Origin: Diadema antillarum
Taxonomy: Eukaryota
Direction of reading: 5' to 3'
DNA length: 64,000 nucleotides
Assembly (NCBI RefSeq): GCF_040938485.1
Contig: NW_027271873.1
Location: 248,001 to 312,000, forward strand
Shown here piece by piece: positions 36,201-47,719 of the stretch (the stretch's first letter is position 1; each line of letters opens with the position of its first letter). The notes under the pieces are model-generated. The model made no database searches and had not been told where the DNA came from. It saw only the letters and a list, made by a program, of their open reading frames with translations. The position numbers and the translations under genes are program-made.

Positions 36201-39200
36201 ATGGACACTTGCCTGTTTTAAGTACTGGGGTTCCTGCCCAGATGCCAATTTCGGCAAGTGGGCGAAATATATCTTATGTTACATGCCCTGAAGGCAGTAA
36301 TGAGAAAGAAAGAAATACAACACTCGCTTACCCTGAACATGACTTGTCCTAGGTCTCCCATAAGCTTGATTGGCATGACCCAGTATGGGTCACATCGGTG
36401 AGGTAACACAATCTGAGAGCCTTCTCGTCCTACAAATATGAGATTGTTATTCAATGATAAATAATATGCTATTCTCTGTCCATGGTAGCATCTTCAGTGT
36501 TGCCGCTGCTCTACCAGAGGGTCCTGTCATTATTACAACCCTAGCATTGCCAGGTACCCATTTGTACACCCGTGTTGAGAGGGATATGGTGGGTAAAAGC
36601 ATCTTGTCCAAGGATGTATGAGGACATACAGGCACTTGATGAGATTTGAACTCAGGACCTCACATTGAAAGTCACGACTCTTATCCACTACTGTAAAAGT
36701 GAAATTTTCTGCGCTCTGCCGAATAAAACAAGTTTCCCGTGTTGACATCAACTACTGGAACATACGGCATGTAAAAATATTTGCGTGCCTTTATTTTTGC
36801 GCTAATTTCTGGTTGCGTGAAATGTGCAAAAATTTCCACTTTTACAGTATGCCACAGTGCCCCTGAAGATAAAATGTTGAATTATCACTTAAAGGTGAAG
36901 TGCAGTTTGCATGTAAAGTCTCTGTGCTGTCCACTTTCCCTGTAAAATGTCATTAAACTATAGGCTTATTATCAATTACTCATCTCAATTAAGACAAAAT
37001 CCTACTGGTAATAAATACTAATTATTGAGAATTCATGATGCACCAATTCCCCCTCAGTAAGATGCTCAAGGTGCAGAAATAAAGAGATATGTAGATAACA
37101 TAAACCTATACAGTGTGCAAGAGTAAGACTACACTTGATATGCCTTCACACATCTCTATAGATGCACCCTGCAACAAACTATAAACCATGGCTCGACACT
37201 AACTTTTTTGTTTGGTGGCCCAATGGAGCCACCAAAATCCTAAATTTCAAATTTTTGGTGGCCCGAGAGAAAAATTTCGTGGCCCGAAAAAACAATAAAA
37301 AACATTAAAAGTCCTTTTTTTTTAATGAGTCAAATATTTAAGTTTTATGATAGTAAGAATTAGAAGTGTGACATATCTACTCATAAATAAATTTCAACAA
37401 ACTTGCAACACTCACTCTCAGGCACTCATTAAGTCCTTTTCATCCATCCTTTAAACAAATTTAACTGCTAATTTCCGGCGCAAAAAGTTACAAATTTATT
37501 GACATACTTTTCAAAAAATTTTGGTGGCCCGAGGCGGGCCACCAAATTTGCCCTTTTTAAAAATTTGGTGGCCCGACTTTCATTTTTGGTGGCCCCGGGC
37601 CACCGTTAGTGTCGAGCCCTGTATAAACAGTACAGAGTTTTGCTACAAAATGTACTGCACTGCCACTCATTTCATTTCAGCTGAATCCCTCATTGAAACC
37701 ATACACAAGTTGTTTAAAAACTTATTTATTTGAGCCAGTAAGCTCCAAGACTCTGATGTTCTTTAATAGACATCATAATCAGACATTACAGAAGTACAAT
37801 TCTTACCAAGCTAATTCTTGTTTAGTAATCTACAATGTCATTGTTTTCTGATAGTTTACTCAGACAAGAGGTAATAATTTCAAAATGACATGATTCATGA
37901 CTAAAATAGGGAACTATAATTCAAATGGTCAAATCTCTCTCTGCATTTACTTAATTTGGTACTAATTTTTCTACAAAGGTACAATGTACATTGTAGGTAT
38001 CTTGAAAAAGAAAAATATTACTTGATGCCTTCTACTACAATCAAAATTTATAGAAAATGCCTTTGCACACATCATATCTTAATGTCTTCACTCTTTTAAC
38101 AGATAAAATGTTTTTAATATCATTACAAACTTACAAACTTGGTTCTTACCGAGTCTACTGACAACATATCTGCCAAGAAATCCATTTCCTCCAAAGACGG
38201 CTGCAACAACTCCACTGAAGGAAGACCGGCCCCCTGTTCCCTTGGGCACCAGAGAGTGGTGGTAAGTGGCCTTAGAACGCCGAGGTTCAACACACAATGG
38301 CCCACAGGCACTGACTCGCACAACCAGGGGTGAAACTGAAAGAATCCAGTTTGGAAAGTCTTCAGATTACAGACCCATTCTCACTGGGAAATATTGCAAC
38401 ATTGAAAATAGCAATACGTATCATCTTCACTCAAGTGCATTGTTACTAAATGACAGATATCAAAGTTATGGCAATAGAGAGTTATTACCAGTTTTGGCAA
38501 GCAATTAGTGCTAAAAGTCCAGTTTATTTAAAGGTCATAATTTTCTGTGGTGAGACCAGCCCGAACACGAAGCGACCAGCCTGAACGCATTCAGGCCGTT
38601 GTTGTTCTTGTTGTTTTGTGTTTAGTGGCGTTTTCCATTCTCTTTAGAATATAGTACGCAAAACACTGCTCCATCAATTTCCTTTCCTTTTCTTTTTTTT
38701 TCACAAAAAAAGGTAAATATTGTAATAGGGGTCCTTGGTCAGCTGCTGTTGGTACGTCTATTTGCCTGCTTAAAATTTATATCTTCTAGCTAATCTGGCT
38801 CACTGCCTCCCAATTACCTGTGGCAATTACCTGTGGCTGCCGGCTGTGCTGTCACATTCAGCATGATTATAAAATAAAAATCTGCATGGTTGATGGAATA
38901 CATTTTTATCAAATCTCAAGTTTGTAAATCGATGTGGGATAGGCTATAGCTATAGAGCAAATAATCATCTCCCATTTCTCTGGCAACGGATACAATCCAA
39001 CATCGCTGATGGTGATCCTTGGCCCTGAGCGAGTTGGCCTTGACTGTCTATCACTCAGCCCTCGCCTTCCGTGTTCGCCTCGGCCTGATGATAGACACCT
39101 GCACCTCGCGGGTCACCTTGGCGATGTTACTTGTACCATCGGCCCACTGCCCTCGCAGTTGATGATTGTTTGCTCATTAATTTAATCATGATTATCTGCG

Positions 39201-42200
39201 ACAAGGCCACACCACTAAACTACACACATGTACGCATACTACAGTCAAACTCGGATACCTCGAATTCGTTGGGACTGAAGAAAATGGTTCGACGTACGCG
39301 AATTTCGAGGTACGCGTACGTCGAATTTTCTTCGACTTATCCGATGTTTATCGATGTTCGACGTTTATTGATGTTCAACATGGTGTCTGTTATAGTGCCT
39401 ACTGATTGTTTGCATGCTTGTCAATCTGAATTGAATTAATCAACTTTTATATGAATGAATTGAGTGAAAATCGGAAATGAAAGCAAAATTTCAGAAATAA
39501 AGATTTTGGTGACCCGATCGCGCCACCAAAAAAAAAAAAAAAGTCGGATGTTTGCCTTTACTTTTGAAAATGAACAGCGGTAACAATCGGCTACGTAAGA
39601 TGCTAAAATAAATGTCAGAGGTTTGCGTTTAATTGTGGAAATGAATGACGGTAATATTCGACTCGGTATGATACTAAAATGAATGTCGGATGTTTGCTCA
39701 TACTTTTGGAAATGAATAACGATAAGACTCAGCTCCGTATGGTGCTAAAACTAATGTTAGATATTTGATTTTGCGTTCGGAAATGAATAAGGATAACATT
39801 CGGCTCCGGAAGACGCTGAAATAAATTTCGAATTTTTGCTATGACGTTCGGAAATGAAAAACAATAACATTCAACTCCGTACGATAGTTAAATAAATGTC
39901 GGATGTTTCCTTATACTTTCGAAAGTAAATAGCAATAGCATTCGGCTCCCGAAGATGCTAAAATAGATGTCAGATGATCGTTTCTATGTTCGGAAGAAAA
40001 TAGCAGTAATATTCTGCTCCATCATGTCCATATGATGCTAAAATAACTGTCTGATGTTTGCTTTTAAATTTCGAAATGAATAACAGTAACATTCAGCTGC
40101 GTTTAATGGTAAAATTAATGTTTGATGTTTGCTTTGACGTTTGGAAAAGAGTAACAATAATATTCAACTCCTGACAATGATGAAATAAATGCTGGATGTT
40201 TGCTTTTACGTTCGAAAGTAAATTGCAATAACATTTAGCTCCGGAAGATGCTAAAATAAATGTCTAATGTTTGCTTTGATGTTCTGAAGTGAATCACAAT
40301 AATATTCAACTCCGTACGCTGATAAAATAAATGCCGGATGTGTGCTTTTATGTTCGAAAGTAAATGTCAATAGCATTCAGCTCCGGAAGATGCTAAAATA
40401 CATGTCGAATGATTGCTTTTTATACGTTTGGCATGTTTGGAAGTGAACAGCAGTAACATTCTGCCCCAAACGATGATAAAAAAATATTGGATATTTGCTA
40501 CGGTACATTTCGAAATAAATATCAGTAACATTCAGCTATACGTTTCATGGTCCAAAATGTCTGATGTCTGCCTTGACGTTCAAAAAAAATTGTCAGATGA
40601 TTCATTTCACTTTCGGAAGTGGACAGCAGTAACATTCGGCTCCGTTCGATAATGAAATAAATGTCGGATGTTTGAAATGAATAACGGTAATATTCTGCTC
40701 CGTACGATGCAAAAATAAATAACAGATTGTTGCTTTAACATTTGGAAATGATTAATGGTATTAATCCGCTCAGTTAGATGCTAAAACAAATAGCGGATGT
40801 TTGCTTTTATGTTTGGAAATGGATAAGGATAGTATTCAGCTCCGTAAGATTCTAAAATTAATATCAGTTGTTTGCTTTTACATCTAAAAATGAATAACGG
40901 TAACTTTCGGCTTTTTACAATGCTAAAACAAATGTCGGATGCTAACAAATGTCAGCAAATGCTCCCATTTTCTCATTTCAAACGTAAGTTTTGACCTCAA
41001 TATATGGACATCAACTTTTATAATAATCTCTACGCCTATTTGTCAAATCTTTAAACACAGAGTAAGATGATTGAATTTTCTATTCATTTGTTTTAGACAT
41101 GGGCATCTGTATCACTTCAATAATGCTTAATATTAATTTGTCTATGTTTAGTAGGACCGATTTAGTTTTTCTAATATCTTTCCTGATTTTTGTTTTTGTC
41201 ACCAGATTTTACTTTCGACCACCAGAAAATAAAAATCAATGATATTGGTGGCCCGATAAAACTTAGTGCGGAGCCCTGTGTATTCTATTCTTCATTGTGA
41301 TCGGCCTATACTTCCAGATTTTCATAATCGCATTGCTGGAAAAAAAAAGTTTCAGTGCTTGGGTTCTCGGGGAAGTAAACTTCGTGAAAAAAAAAAAAAG
41401 TTTAAAAAAAGGCACTACGAGGGAGATTGATGTTTTGACAGTTGAGCGTGATTAATGGCAAAGATATAACTGTCAACGTAAGCAGGTGCGCCCCGACGGT
41501 TGAGAAATCTACGCGCACGGTATGACTGTCTCGATCAAAAATCAAAACACAGTGGTTAAAGAAAAGCAAATGATGGGGCAGCGCGTAGTGCTATCGTAAA
41601 GCACTCCATTGGCACAGGTGCTATGTGCATACCATGTACGTGTGTTGGTAGGTGTTGGGGATTTTCCTTGTCAGCTGTGTATCGGGTACAGGTACAACGT
41701 ACAATGTACTAGTATTTCTCCTTGGGCGCGCGATTGTTCTGGTCTCAGAATATTTACAATCGAGTGTGAAAACATATGTGACATGTCTTCGCTGTCCACG
41801 CGCGCTTAATCGGAGATGCTGAGTGATGTTTGCAATTTCGATTCGAGCAACATGCTGGGAAAAACAATAAGTTAATTAAGATCGGGACATTAGATTTCCC
41901 TTCGAGGTAACCGAACTTCGAGTTATCTTTTTCGAGCTACGCGAATTTTAATACACGGAAACTCCATAGGAACAATCGGGACTTTCATTTTGCCCCCGAG
42001 GTAAGTGATATTCGGCTTATCCGACGTCAAGGTATCCGAGTTTGACTGTATATAAGTAGGTATCCAACACATCGACACTGTACAGTGAAACCGACCACCT
42101 CTATTCGCTGCATTGCGCACACAGGACGAACATTCATGCATGAGACTTCGCGCAGTGGTTTTGCATTTTTCACTGGGGATTTGATGACGTCAAAATACTA

Positions 42201-45004
42201 CTGAAAAAAAGGATATACAATTTTGTAAGATCAACAGCAAAAACAATGATACCATAGATTATAAATGGCACATAGGAAAAGCACTATGTGCATTTCACAC
42301 GTATTGCCAATAGAGGGTAGGGGTGTTGGTTTCAAAGTAGGGTGCATGCAACTGAGCGCATCAAAATAACAACCTAAGGCCACGTGTTCAAAGCAGCTTA
42401 GTAGCAGTTTAATATCTTGGTCTTGGAGTTAGAGCGTGTATACTTGGGTGACCCGCACCTCGTCATAGTTAATGTTTGCGCATATTCGAATCACATTTCC
42501 CCACTGAAATTCTTTGAAACCCAACTCACAAACAAGAAAAATGCTGAAAATTCCAGTGGAATCACAAGTTCACTGATTGATATCGAAAATTTGCTGCTAT
42601 CGTCGTCAAACGTGAACGATGCGAAAAAGTTGCGCGCAAAGGAAGGGGCCCGCAACTCGTCACCCGCGCTCCCATAGACAAAGCACGTAAAAGACGTGTG
42701 CGGGTGACCGTGATGCTCCCATAGACATACACGTAAAAGATGCGTGCGGGGACAGTGGTGATACTTATAACACATATTCCGATTAAATTTCAGATTTTCG
42801 CGAAAAACTGTTCGGTTTTCACCACAATTTGCTTGGTTGTGGTTGACCAAAAGATCGGTCTGTATCTGTCCGTCGGGGAATGTTCCGTGGAGACTGCGTC
42901 TGGCTTCACGGATCCCCTCCGTATACAGACCGAAGTCAATGATCCCAGCTCCTGTGTGGAGCAACGCGCACAGATCAAACGTTACGATAAACCAAATTTC
43001 TGACAGCTTTTTTACATTCAAACAAGTTTGACATGACATGACACATTATGCAGCAATATTTGGGGTTAATTTTTCACATTGTGCAATCGAAATACTCACA
43101 GTAACTCGGTTATAATGCAGAAATTTTATCCATATCGCAACATTGCCGTTCGCAGGCAGTAAGTCGCCATTTTGAATCTGTAAACCAATCACATGCGAGG
43201 TACGTGTTTTAGTAAAAAAAACACGTAAAAACTACCTCGCATGTGATTAGCTAATAGATTCATACTGTATGTTTCTGCAGTTTGAACGTGACGACGCAAC
43301 GGGCTGATTGATGTGTGTTTTGCGTTGAAAATTCTACCGAAATATTGGATTATTCATTAATCTGGTGAGTGTAGTCTATTCTTGAATAGTTGATTTAACT
43401 ATTCAAGCTTAAATTTGCCAACCTAGGGCCGTGAATTAGACGCAATCGAGAAGGGTGAGGTACCTCACCCAATTTTCCATAGAGACAGTGGTTAAGAACA
43501 TCCACACAGCAATGGGTACTGGTACCTTCCGTCTGTCTACGGAGGACAGCGTTAATGGCAAAATATAAAAGAGTCCTCCGGACAGACGGATCTTTCTGTC
43601 TAGGTCAGTTCGGGAAACCCACTCACAAGGGGGGCCCCTCCTTATAAGTAACCCGTCCCCCTTATAAGTAACCCCGTCCCCCTTATAAGTAACCCCCGGG
43701 GCACCCCTTATAAGGAGTCTCCACGCTTTTTTGCAATGTAACGCGAAAATGAAAGGACTGCGGCAATTCACTTGATTATGTCCATAAAGCTTCACAAGTT
43801 TCCTAGTTACTCACGAAATTTGAGCAAAATCGGTTTGAGGCATCATATCTAAAATCATGGATTTAAATGCGATGTCAAATGACCCATGCGAATGCTGAAA
43901 TGCGAGCGACTACTGGCGTGAGTGTCGCCAGGCGCGGCGGCGCGGCAATGCTTGAGTGCAGACGTGGCGACTGAGTACACGCCACGTCTGCACTCAAGCA
44001 TTGCCGCGCCGCCGCGCCTGGCGACACTCACGCCAGTAATCGCTCGCATTTCAGCATTCGCATGGGTCGTTTGACATCGCATTTAAATCCATGATTTTAG
44101 ATATGATGCCTCAAACCGATTTTGCTCAAATTTCGTGAGTAACTAGGAAACTTGTGAAGCTTTATGGACATAATCAAGCGAATTGCCGCAGTCCTTTCAT
44201 TTTCGCGTTGCATTGCAAAAAAGCGTGGAGACTCCTTATAAGGGGTGCCCCGGGGGTTACTTATAAGGGGGACGGGGTTACTTATAAGGGGGACGGATTA
44301 CTTATAAGGAGGGGCCCCCCTTGTGAGTGGGTTTCCCGAACTGAGGTTGTGGTAGCCCTGCCAAGTTTCAAGCGTACTGAACACAGTCCCGGGCATAAAT
44401 TTTTGTTTAGTGCACTTAAAACAATTTTAAGCGAATTTTAAGCGGGGTGATGGTATTCGGGCCCCTGACGAGGTGCGGGTATCTCACTAGATATACATGA
44501 TATACCACAAAGGCCAAAAGCGCATTTTCATTGCGCATTTTAAATTATCTATTGATAGAAAAACATTAGGGTGTCGATGTGTTGGACACCCAACCATACT
44601 TATCTAGGTAGTAACAGTAACAGCTAGAGAACGTATAGATCTAGCTATAGTATAGCATAGGTCTAGCCTATAGGTTAGCGGATAGCTGATGATAGCTCGC
44701 GAGCGGTGCCCGCGGTGCCGCACATCGCATGCGTCTATGCGGGTACGCACGGGGGACTGCCCAATCATTAATCGCGTATTTACGTTGGTGAGCTGAGTGA
44801 ACGATGAACGAGAACAACTCAGCATTTGAAGTCAAAGTATGAGGAACTCCTCCATGAATAACAAATATACATGTAAACCGAGAATCTACAAAGGTATAAG
44901 TTGTGATCAATCTTAGCTTAAAGTGATTTACAACAGGGAATATGGACGAAAATAAGATACTTACGTGCCGAAGGCACCTTTCTCGTGGCTGCCAGAGCGG
45001 CCAT
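27083..45004 (-). CDS. NDUFA9: NADH dehydrogenase (ubiquinone) 1 alpha subcomplex subunit 9 (39 kDa, SDR fold), 10 exons, 378 aa
   Basis: Exons in minus order: 45004-44965, 38335-38150, 36429-36332, 35617-35526, 34925-34784, 33921-33819, 33095-33028, 30522-30446, 29457-29295 and 27250-27083. Total 1137 nt, GT-AG, phases consistent. Motifs [52 protein letters not shown] and LRRHR; basic N-terminal transit peptide. Confidence 0.97.
27731..28093 (-). mobile_element. HINE-like element (TTATTACCTCC...AAGGAGGT family)
   Basis: 3' hairpin ACCTCCTCCAAGGAGGT and 5' AAACTAGAAAAGCACTCGGAGAGC; second copy at 32562-32997. Confidence 0.78.
29295..29457 (-). CDS. NDUFA9: NDUFA9 exon 9
   Basis: [22 protein letters not shown]...[14 protein letters not shown]. 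Confidence 0.95.
29607..29990. mobile_element. Kolobok-type element, second family, TTAA TSD
   Basis: TTAA|CGGGACTGTACAGTACTGGTTGAGGTGAGGATTC ... GAATCCTCACCTCAACCAGTACTGTACAATCTCT|TTAA. Confidence 0.85.
30446..30522 (-). CDS. NDUFA9: NDUFA9 exon 8
   Basis: [25 protein letters not shown]. Confidence 0.93.
30697..31962 (+). mobile_element. HINE-like element with TGACCTT repeats, nested in a mariner MITE (30604-~32036)
   Basis: AAACTAGAAATG start, subTIR TGCCTCCGCCA, (ACGG)n, 3' hairpin ATGCCTCCGG...CGGAGGCAT, A-run end. Confidence 0.85.
32562..32997 (+). mobile_element. HINE-like element, same family as 27731-28093
   Basis: AAACTACAAGAGCACTCGTAGAGCACAGACCTCC ... (AAAC)n ... ACCTCCTTCGTGGAGGT. 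Confidence 0.78.
33028..33095 (-). CDS. NDUFA9: NDUFA9 exon 7
   Basis: [23 protein letters not shown]. Confidence 0.93.
33819..33921 (-). CDS. NDUFA9: NDUFA9 exon 6
   Basis: [34 protein letters not shown]. Confidence 0.95.
34386..34780. mobile_element. Palindrome-core element (Crypton-like non-autonomous, inferred) abutting the NDUFA9 exon 5 donor
   Basis: Core CCCGAGACGAAGTCGAGGG at 34484-34502, ~50-bp arms; GACTAACCCAT-type motif at about 34386, 34597-34612 (inverted) and 34760-34780. Confidence 0.65.
34784..34925 (-). CDS. NDUFA9: NDUFA9 exon 5
   Basis: [48 protein letters not shown]. Confidence 0.95.
35526..35617 (-). CDS. NDUFA9: NDUFA9 exon 4
   Basis: [30 protein letters not shown]. 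Confidence 0.95.
36332..36429 (-). CDS. NDUFA9: NDUFA9 exon 3
   Basis: [33 protein letters not shown]. Confidence 0.95.
36470..36863 (-). mobile_element. tRNA-derived SINE
   Basis: After removing the nested MITE, the minus strand reads GGGGCACTG-TGGCATAGTGG (A box)...GAGTTCAAATC (B box, 36643-36653), followed by a CCAGGTACCCATTT-type body. Confidence 0.8.
36691..36847. mobile_element. CTGTAA-family MITE nested in a SINE A box
   Basis: TA TSD at 36689-36690 and 36848-36849. Confidence 0.85.
37187..37621. mobile_element. hAT/P-like MITE, 7-bp (or 8-bp) TSD
   Basis: CATGGCTCGACACTAAC ... GTTAGTGTCGAGCCCTG; flanks TATAAAC; repeated GGTGGCCC subterminal motifs. Confidence 0.88.
38150..38335 (-). 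CDS. NDUFA9: NDUFA9 exon 2
   Basis: [12 protein letters not shown]...GGRSSFSG...YVVSRL. Confidence 0.95.
39242..42048. mobile_element. 2.8-kb non-autonomous Tc1/mariner(pogo)-type element, TA TSD, no transposase ORF
   Basis: TA|CAGTCAAACTCGGATACCT ... AGGTATCCGAGTTTGACTG|TA. Confidence 0.88.
39543..40940. repeat. 71-bp tandem satellite, ~19 degenerate units
   Basis: Phase markers at 39603, 39674, 39745 and 39816 (71-bp steps); approximate consensus AAATAAATGTCGGATGTTTGCTTTTACGTTCGGAAATGAATAACGGTAACATTCGGCTCCGTAAGATGCTA. Confidence 0.92.
42440..42720. repeat. Unclassified dispersed repeat, homologous (inverted) to 60990-61131 + 63215-63330
   Basis: Shared blocks GACGAGGTGCGGGTCAC, CAGTGAACTT and GTCTATGGGAGC. 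Confidence 0.7.
43606..44343. mobile_element. Foldback DNA transposon copy 2, 738 bp complete palindrome, 4-bp TSD AGGT, in NDUFA9 intron 1
   Basis: 364-bp arms (43606-43969 and 43980-44343) with a 10-nt spacer; AGGT at 43602-43605 and 44344-44347. Confidence 0.95.
44965..45004 (-). CDS. NDUFA9: NDUFA9 exon 1
   Basis: [13 protein letters not shown]+C, donor GTAAGT; phase 1 joins exon 2 in frame. Confidence 0.85.
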
Positions 45005-45008
45005 TTTG
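44997..45008 (-). promoter_or_regulatory. YY1/TISU-like motif overlapping the NDUFA9 start codon
   Basis: Minus strand CAAAATGGCCGC, versus YY1 CAAAATGGCGGC and TISU SAASATGGCGGC. Confidence 0.6.
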
Positions 45009-45899
45009 ATCGGCAATAACAGCGAAAATGTAGTAATGATTAATTTAGTAAAACATGATAATATTACCCAACAGAATGTATACAAATTCATAGTTCATTA
45101 TTTATTAAAAATAGTATTTACTTATTCAAAATGAGACTAAGTAGGTTTTGAATATTAATAATGTCAAAATTATATTGTATTTTAAACACTTTTAGAACAA
45201 GCTTGATACTAAACAGCGAACAGTCGATCAACCTCAAATTGCAAAGAGCTCAACCACCACCGACGTTGCACCACCGGCACCCCGTGTATATGTACCAGAG
45301 AGTGCTAGCTTTACCACTCTTTTTATTTGACCACCACCACTGCATTTACTTGTAGGCCTACATCTACATCTCCTTGGCCGGCCGGCATTCTTCTTGAATA
45401 CGTGTATTCCTCCCCCGGCATCCGTCCGGTACAGAACCACGTCGCGTCGACGTCGTCCATGGACGGAATAAATAGGCGCCACTATTTAGTCTACCGCAAC
45501 CAAAACGCAAGCAAACGTACGGGGTAGGCCTATGCAGTAATATGTCAGTGAACATCGTGTCATCGTAATAGATTAACATTGTCAATGACTTGCTTGATGT
45601 TGAGCTAGAACTCCTCGGAATCTACGTTCTCTTACTCGGTTGGAGCTTTCTTTTTCCTCGTTGACGTTGGACAGACCAGTCTAGTAGTGTAGATCCATTA
45701 CTGCCAATATTTTCAGTGAGTGACTACTGACTGTGCCGTTGTTTATATGCTCGAACTTCAAAATAAAAACAAAGAAACACTGCGACTGCACACCAGTTCA
45801 GTTTTGTCAAGCATTTTTTGCCATTGTGAGAAAGTAAAGTCAAAGTAGTGATCAAACTTTCATACTCTCTCTGGGGAAAGGAAGTTTTGAGACGCCAAC
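45005..45899. promoter_or_regulatory. Shared divergent promoter region NDUFA9/TXNL4A (895 bp ATG to ATG)
   Basis: Head-to-head gene arrangement; CpG-rich segment 45240-45530. Confidence 0.75.
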
Positions 45900-46328
45900 A
45901 TGTCGTACATGCTGCCGCATCTTCACAATGGCTGGCAAGTGGACCAGGCCATCCTTGGAGAAGAAGACCGTGTCGTGGTGATACGCTTCGGCCACGACTG
46001 GGATCCCACATGTATGAAAATGGATGAGACTCTGTACAAAATCTGTGACAAGGTGAAAAATTTTGCTGTCGTCTATCTGGTGGACATCACGGAAGTGCCG
46101 GACTTCAACAAGATGTACGAGTTGTATGACCCATGCACTGTGATGTTTTTCTTCCGCAACAAGCACATAATGATTGATCTTGGGACTGGTAACAACAACA
46201 AGATCAACTGGCCTATTGATGATGAACAGGAGGTCATTGACATTGTTGAGACGGTGTACAGGGGAGCACGAAAAGGAAGGGGTTTGGTCGTCTCACCAAA
46301 AGACTACTCAACAAAGTACCGCTATTGA
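45900..46328 (+). CDS. TXNL4A: Thioredoxin-like protein 4A / Dim1 (U5 snRNP 15 kDa), intronless CDS, 142 aa
   Basis: Full-length match to the highly conserved Dim1 sequence: MSYMLPHLHNGWQVDQAI...RFGHDWDPTCMKMDE...NKHIMIDLGTGNNNKINW...GLVVSPKDYSTKYRY. Confidence 0.98.
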   Translation: MSYMLPHLHNGWQVDQAILGEEDRVVVIRFGHDWDPTCMKMDETLYKICDKVKNFAVVYLVDITEVPDFNKMYELYDPCTVMFFFRNKHIMIDLGTGNNNKINWPIDDEQEVIDIVETVYRGARKGRGLVVSPKDYSTKYRY

Positions 46329-46944
46329 TGGAGACTCAAAACAATGTGCCTGGCTTTTCAATCTTGGCAGAGAGAGTGCTCCACTTTTACATTTTGTTAT
46401 AACTCTGTACAGATTTTTTGTTGTTGTTTATTTACCATTTTGAACAAGAATTGTCAAATGACACTCAGTAAATACAATGTGTATGTGTAGTTACTTGTAC
46501 CCTGCCATGTCATTGTAGAAAGTTCTTGAAAAGAATATGTCTCCATGTCACCCCCCCCCCCCCCAATTTTGCCTTCATTTCATACATAGTGAACTTTTGA
46601 CATACAATGTATGTTCTTTTTGTTATGTCAGTATTGTGCACCTGGTATTGTGGTCTGAGAAATTACAACTGTAGGAAATCAAATTAGCAGGATTATCAAC
46701 TTACAGTACATGTGTATGCACTTGATGTTTGCTTGCATTATTTGTGGTTGATATTCTCAAATATAATGCCTGAGAAAAGGCAAGTTGTAATTTATTGTTT
46801 ACATCATTGATTTTTGTGAGAACCAAATCCAGGAGGCAAAACTCACCAATCACACCACTTTAACAGATGGTGTAAATACCATGTGGGTGGAGTGTTGAGA
46901 GTTCAGTTGTGATCCTTGTCATTGCTCCACAATTGTACATACAA

Positions 46945-47719
46945 CTAGGGGCCGGGCTTTTTTGGCTATGCTCAGTATCAGGCCAGGGGGGATGGATTCC
47001 GCCCCCCCCCCCCCCCCCCCCCCCCCCGAGATCTCAGCCATTGGTGGCGCGATCACGATGAAATTTTGTATGCGTGAGACCCGTGTCATAATCTACAAGA
47101 TTGTGACATAAGATTTTTTGAAACAATCAATTTCTAATTTTAATTAATTAATTATGCAAATTAAGCTCAAGATCATATTTTAGCCTAATTAAAAGCATTG
47201 AGAGTCTAATTTTTGGTCTGTAAATGTGTTTCAGCATATTCAACGATTGTACATCACAAAAACTTCCAAAATTCATTTCAATTCTTATGTATTTTATTGT
47301 TTTCAGAATTTCTTATGTATTTCCTTGTTTTTCAACTTTTGTTTTTTCTTTGTTTTTTCATTGGAAATTGTCACTGACCACTTTTCTACCATAATTAGCA
47401 CAAAACTAATCAATGAAAGTGATTAATTGTAAAAATAATCAGGTTTTTATGACTTTCACGACAGAGCACTGTTTTCCATAGGAAATGTACACAAAATCAC
47501 AAAATTGTGCCCGTTTTGGGGCGACATTCCGTTACAAAAATGGGCGTGGCTTCGCAAAAGTATGTGCGGACGTCGCAAATTTGGTCTCAAAAGTTGCGCG
47601 AGACTTGAACAAACAAAGTCAAGAAGCCTCGCGACGAGGCCTTCTCGCGTAACAGAATTATAGCATGGCGCGAAACGTCGAGGGGGGGCGGATTCCGCCC
47701 CGCCCCGGCCCTTTTAGGG
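46945..47719. mobile_element. piggyBac-type MITE, same family as 18939-19705
   Basis: Shared GCCGAGATCT...GTCGAGGGGGG internal blocks; right end TTTTAGGG|TTAC; left end degenerate. Confidence 0.8.

Noticed and set aside
36620-36863. tRNA gene
   Set aside because: A and B boxes are present but the cloverleaf is degenerate, interrupted, and continues into a SINE body.
39543-40940. CRISPR-like periodicity (also the 32-bp repeat at 310-420)
   Set aside because: The units are degenerate along their whole length with no unique spacers, there are no cas genes, and the context is eukaryotic. These are tandem satellites.
42491-43039. 182-aa minus-strand ORF
   Set aside because: It overlaps a dispersed repeat, has no recognisable domain, and several equally uninformative ORFs overlap it.
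45724-46166. Minus-strand ORFs of 95 and 104 aa
   Set aside because: Antisense shadows of the TXNL4A CDS.
47002-47027. Long poly-C/poly-G runs (also about 7124, 13725, 46551, 55126 and 58780)
   Set aside because: Homopolymers, several inside repeats; lengths are assembly-sensitive and no function is supportable.
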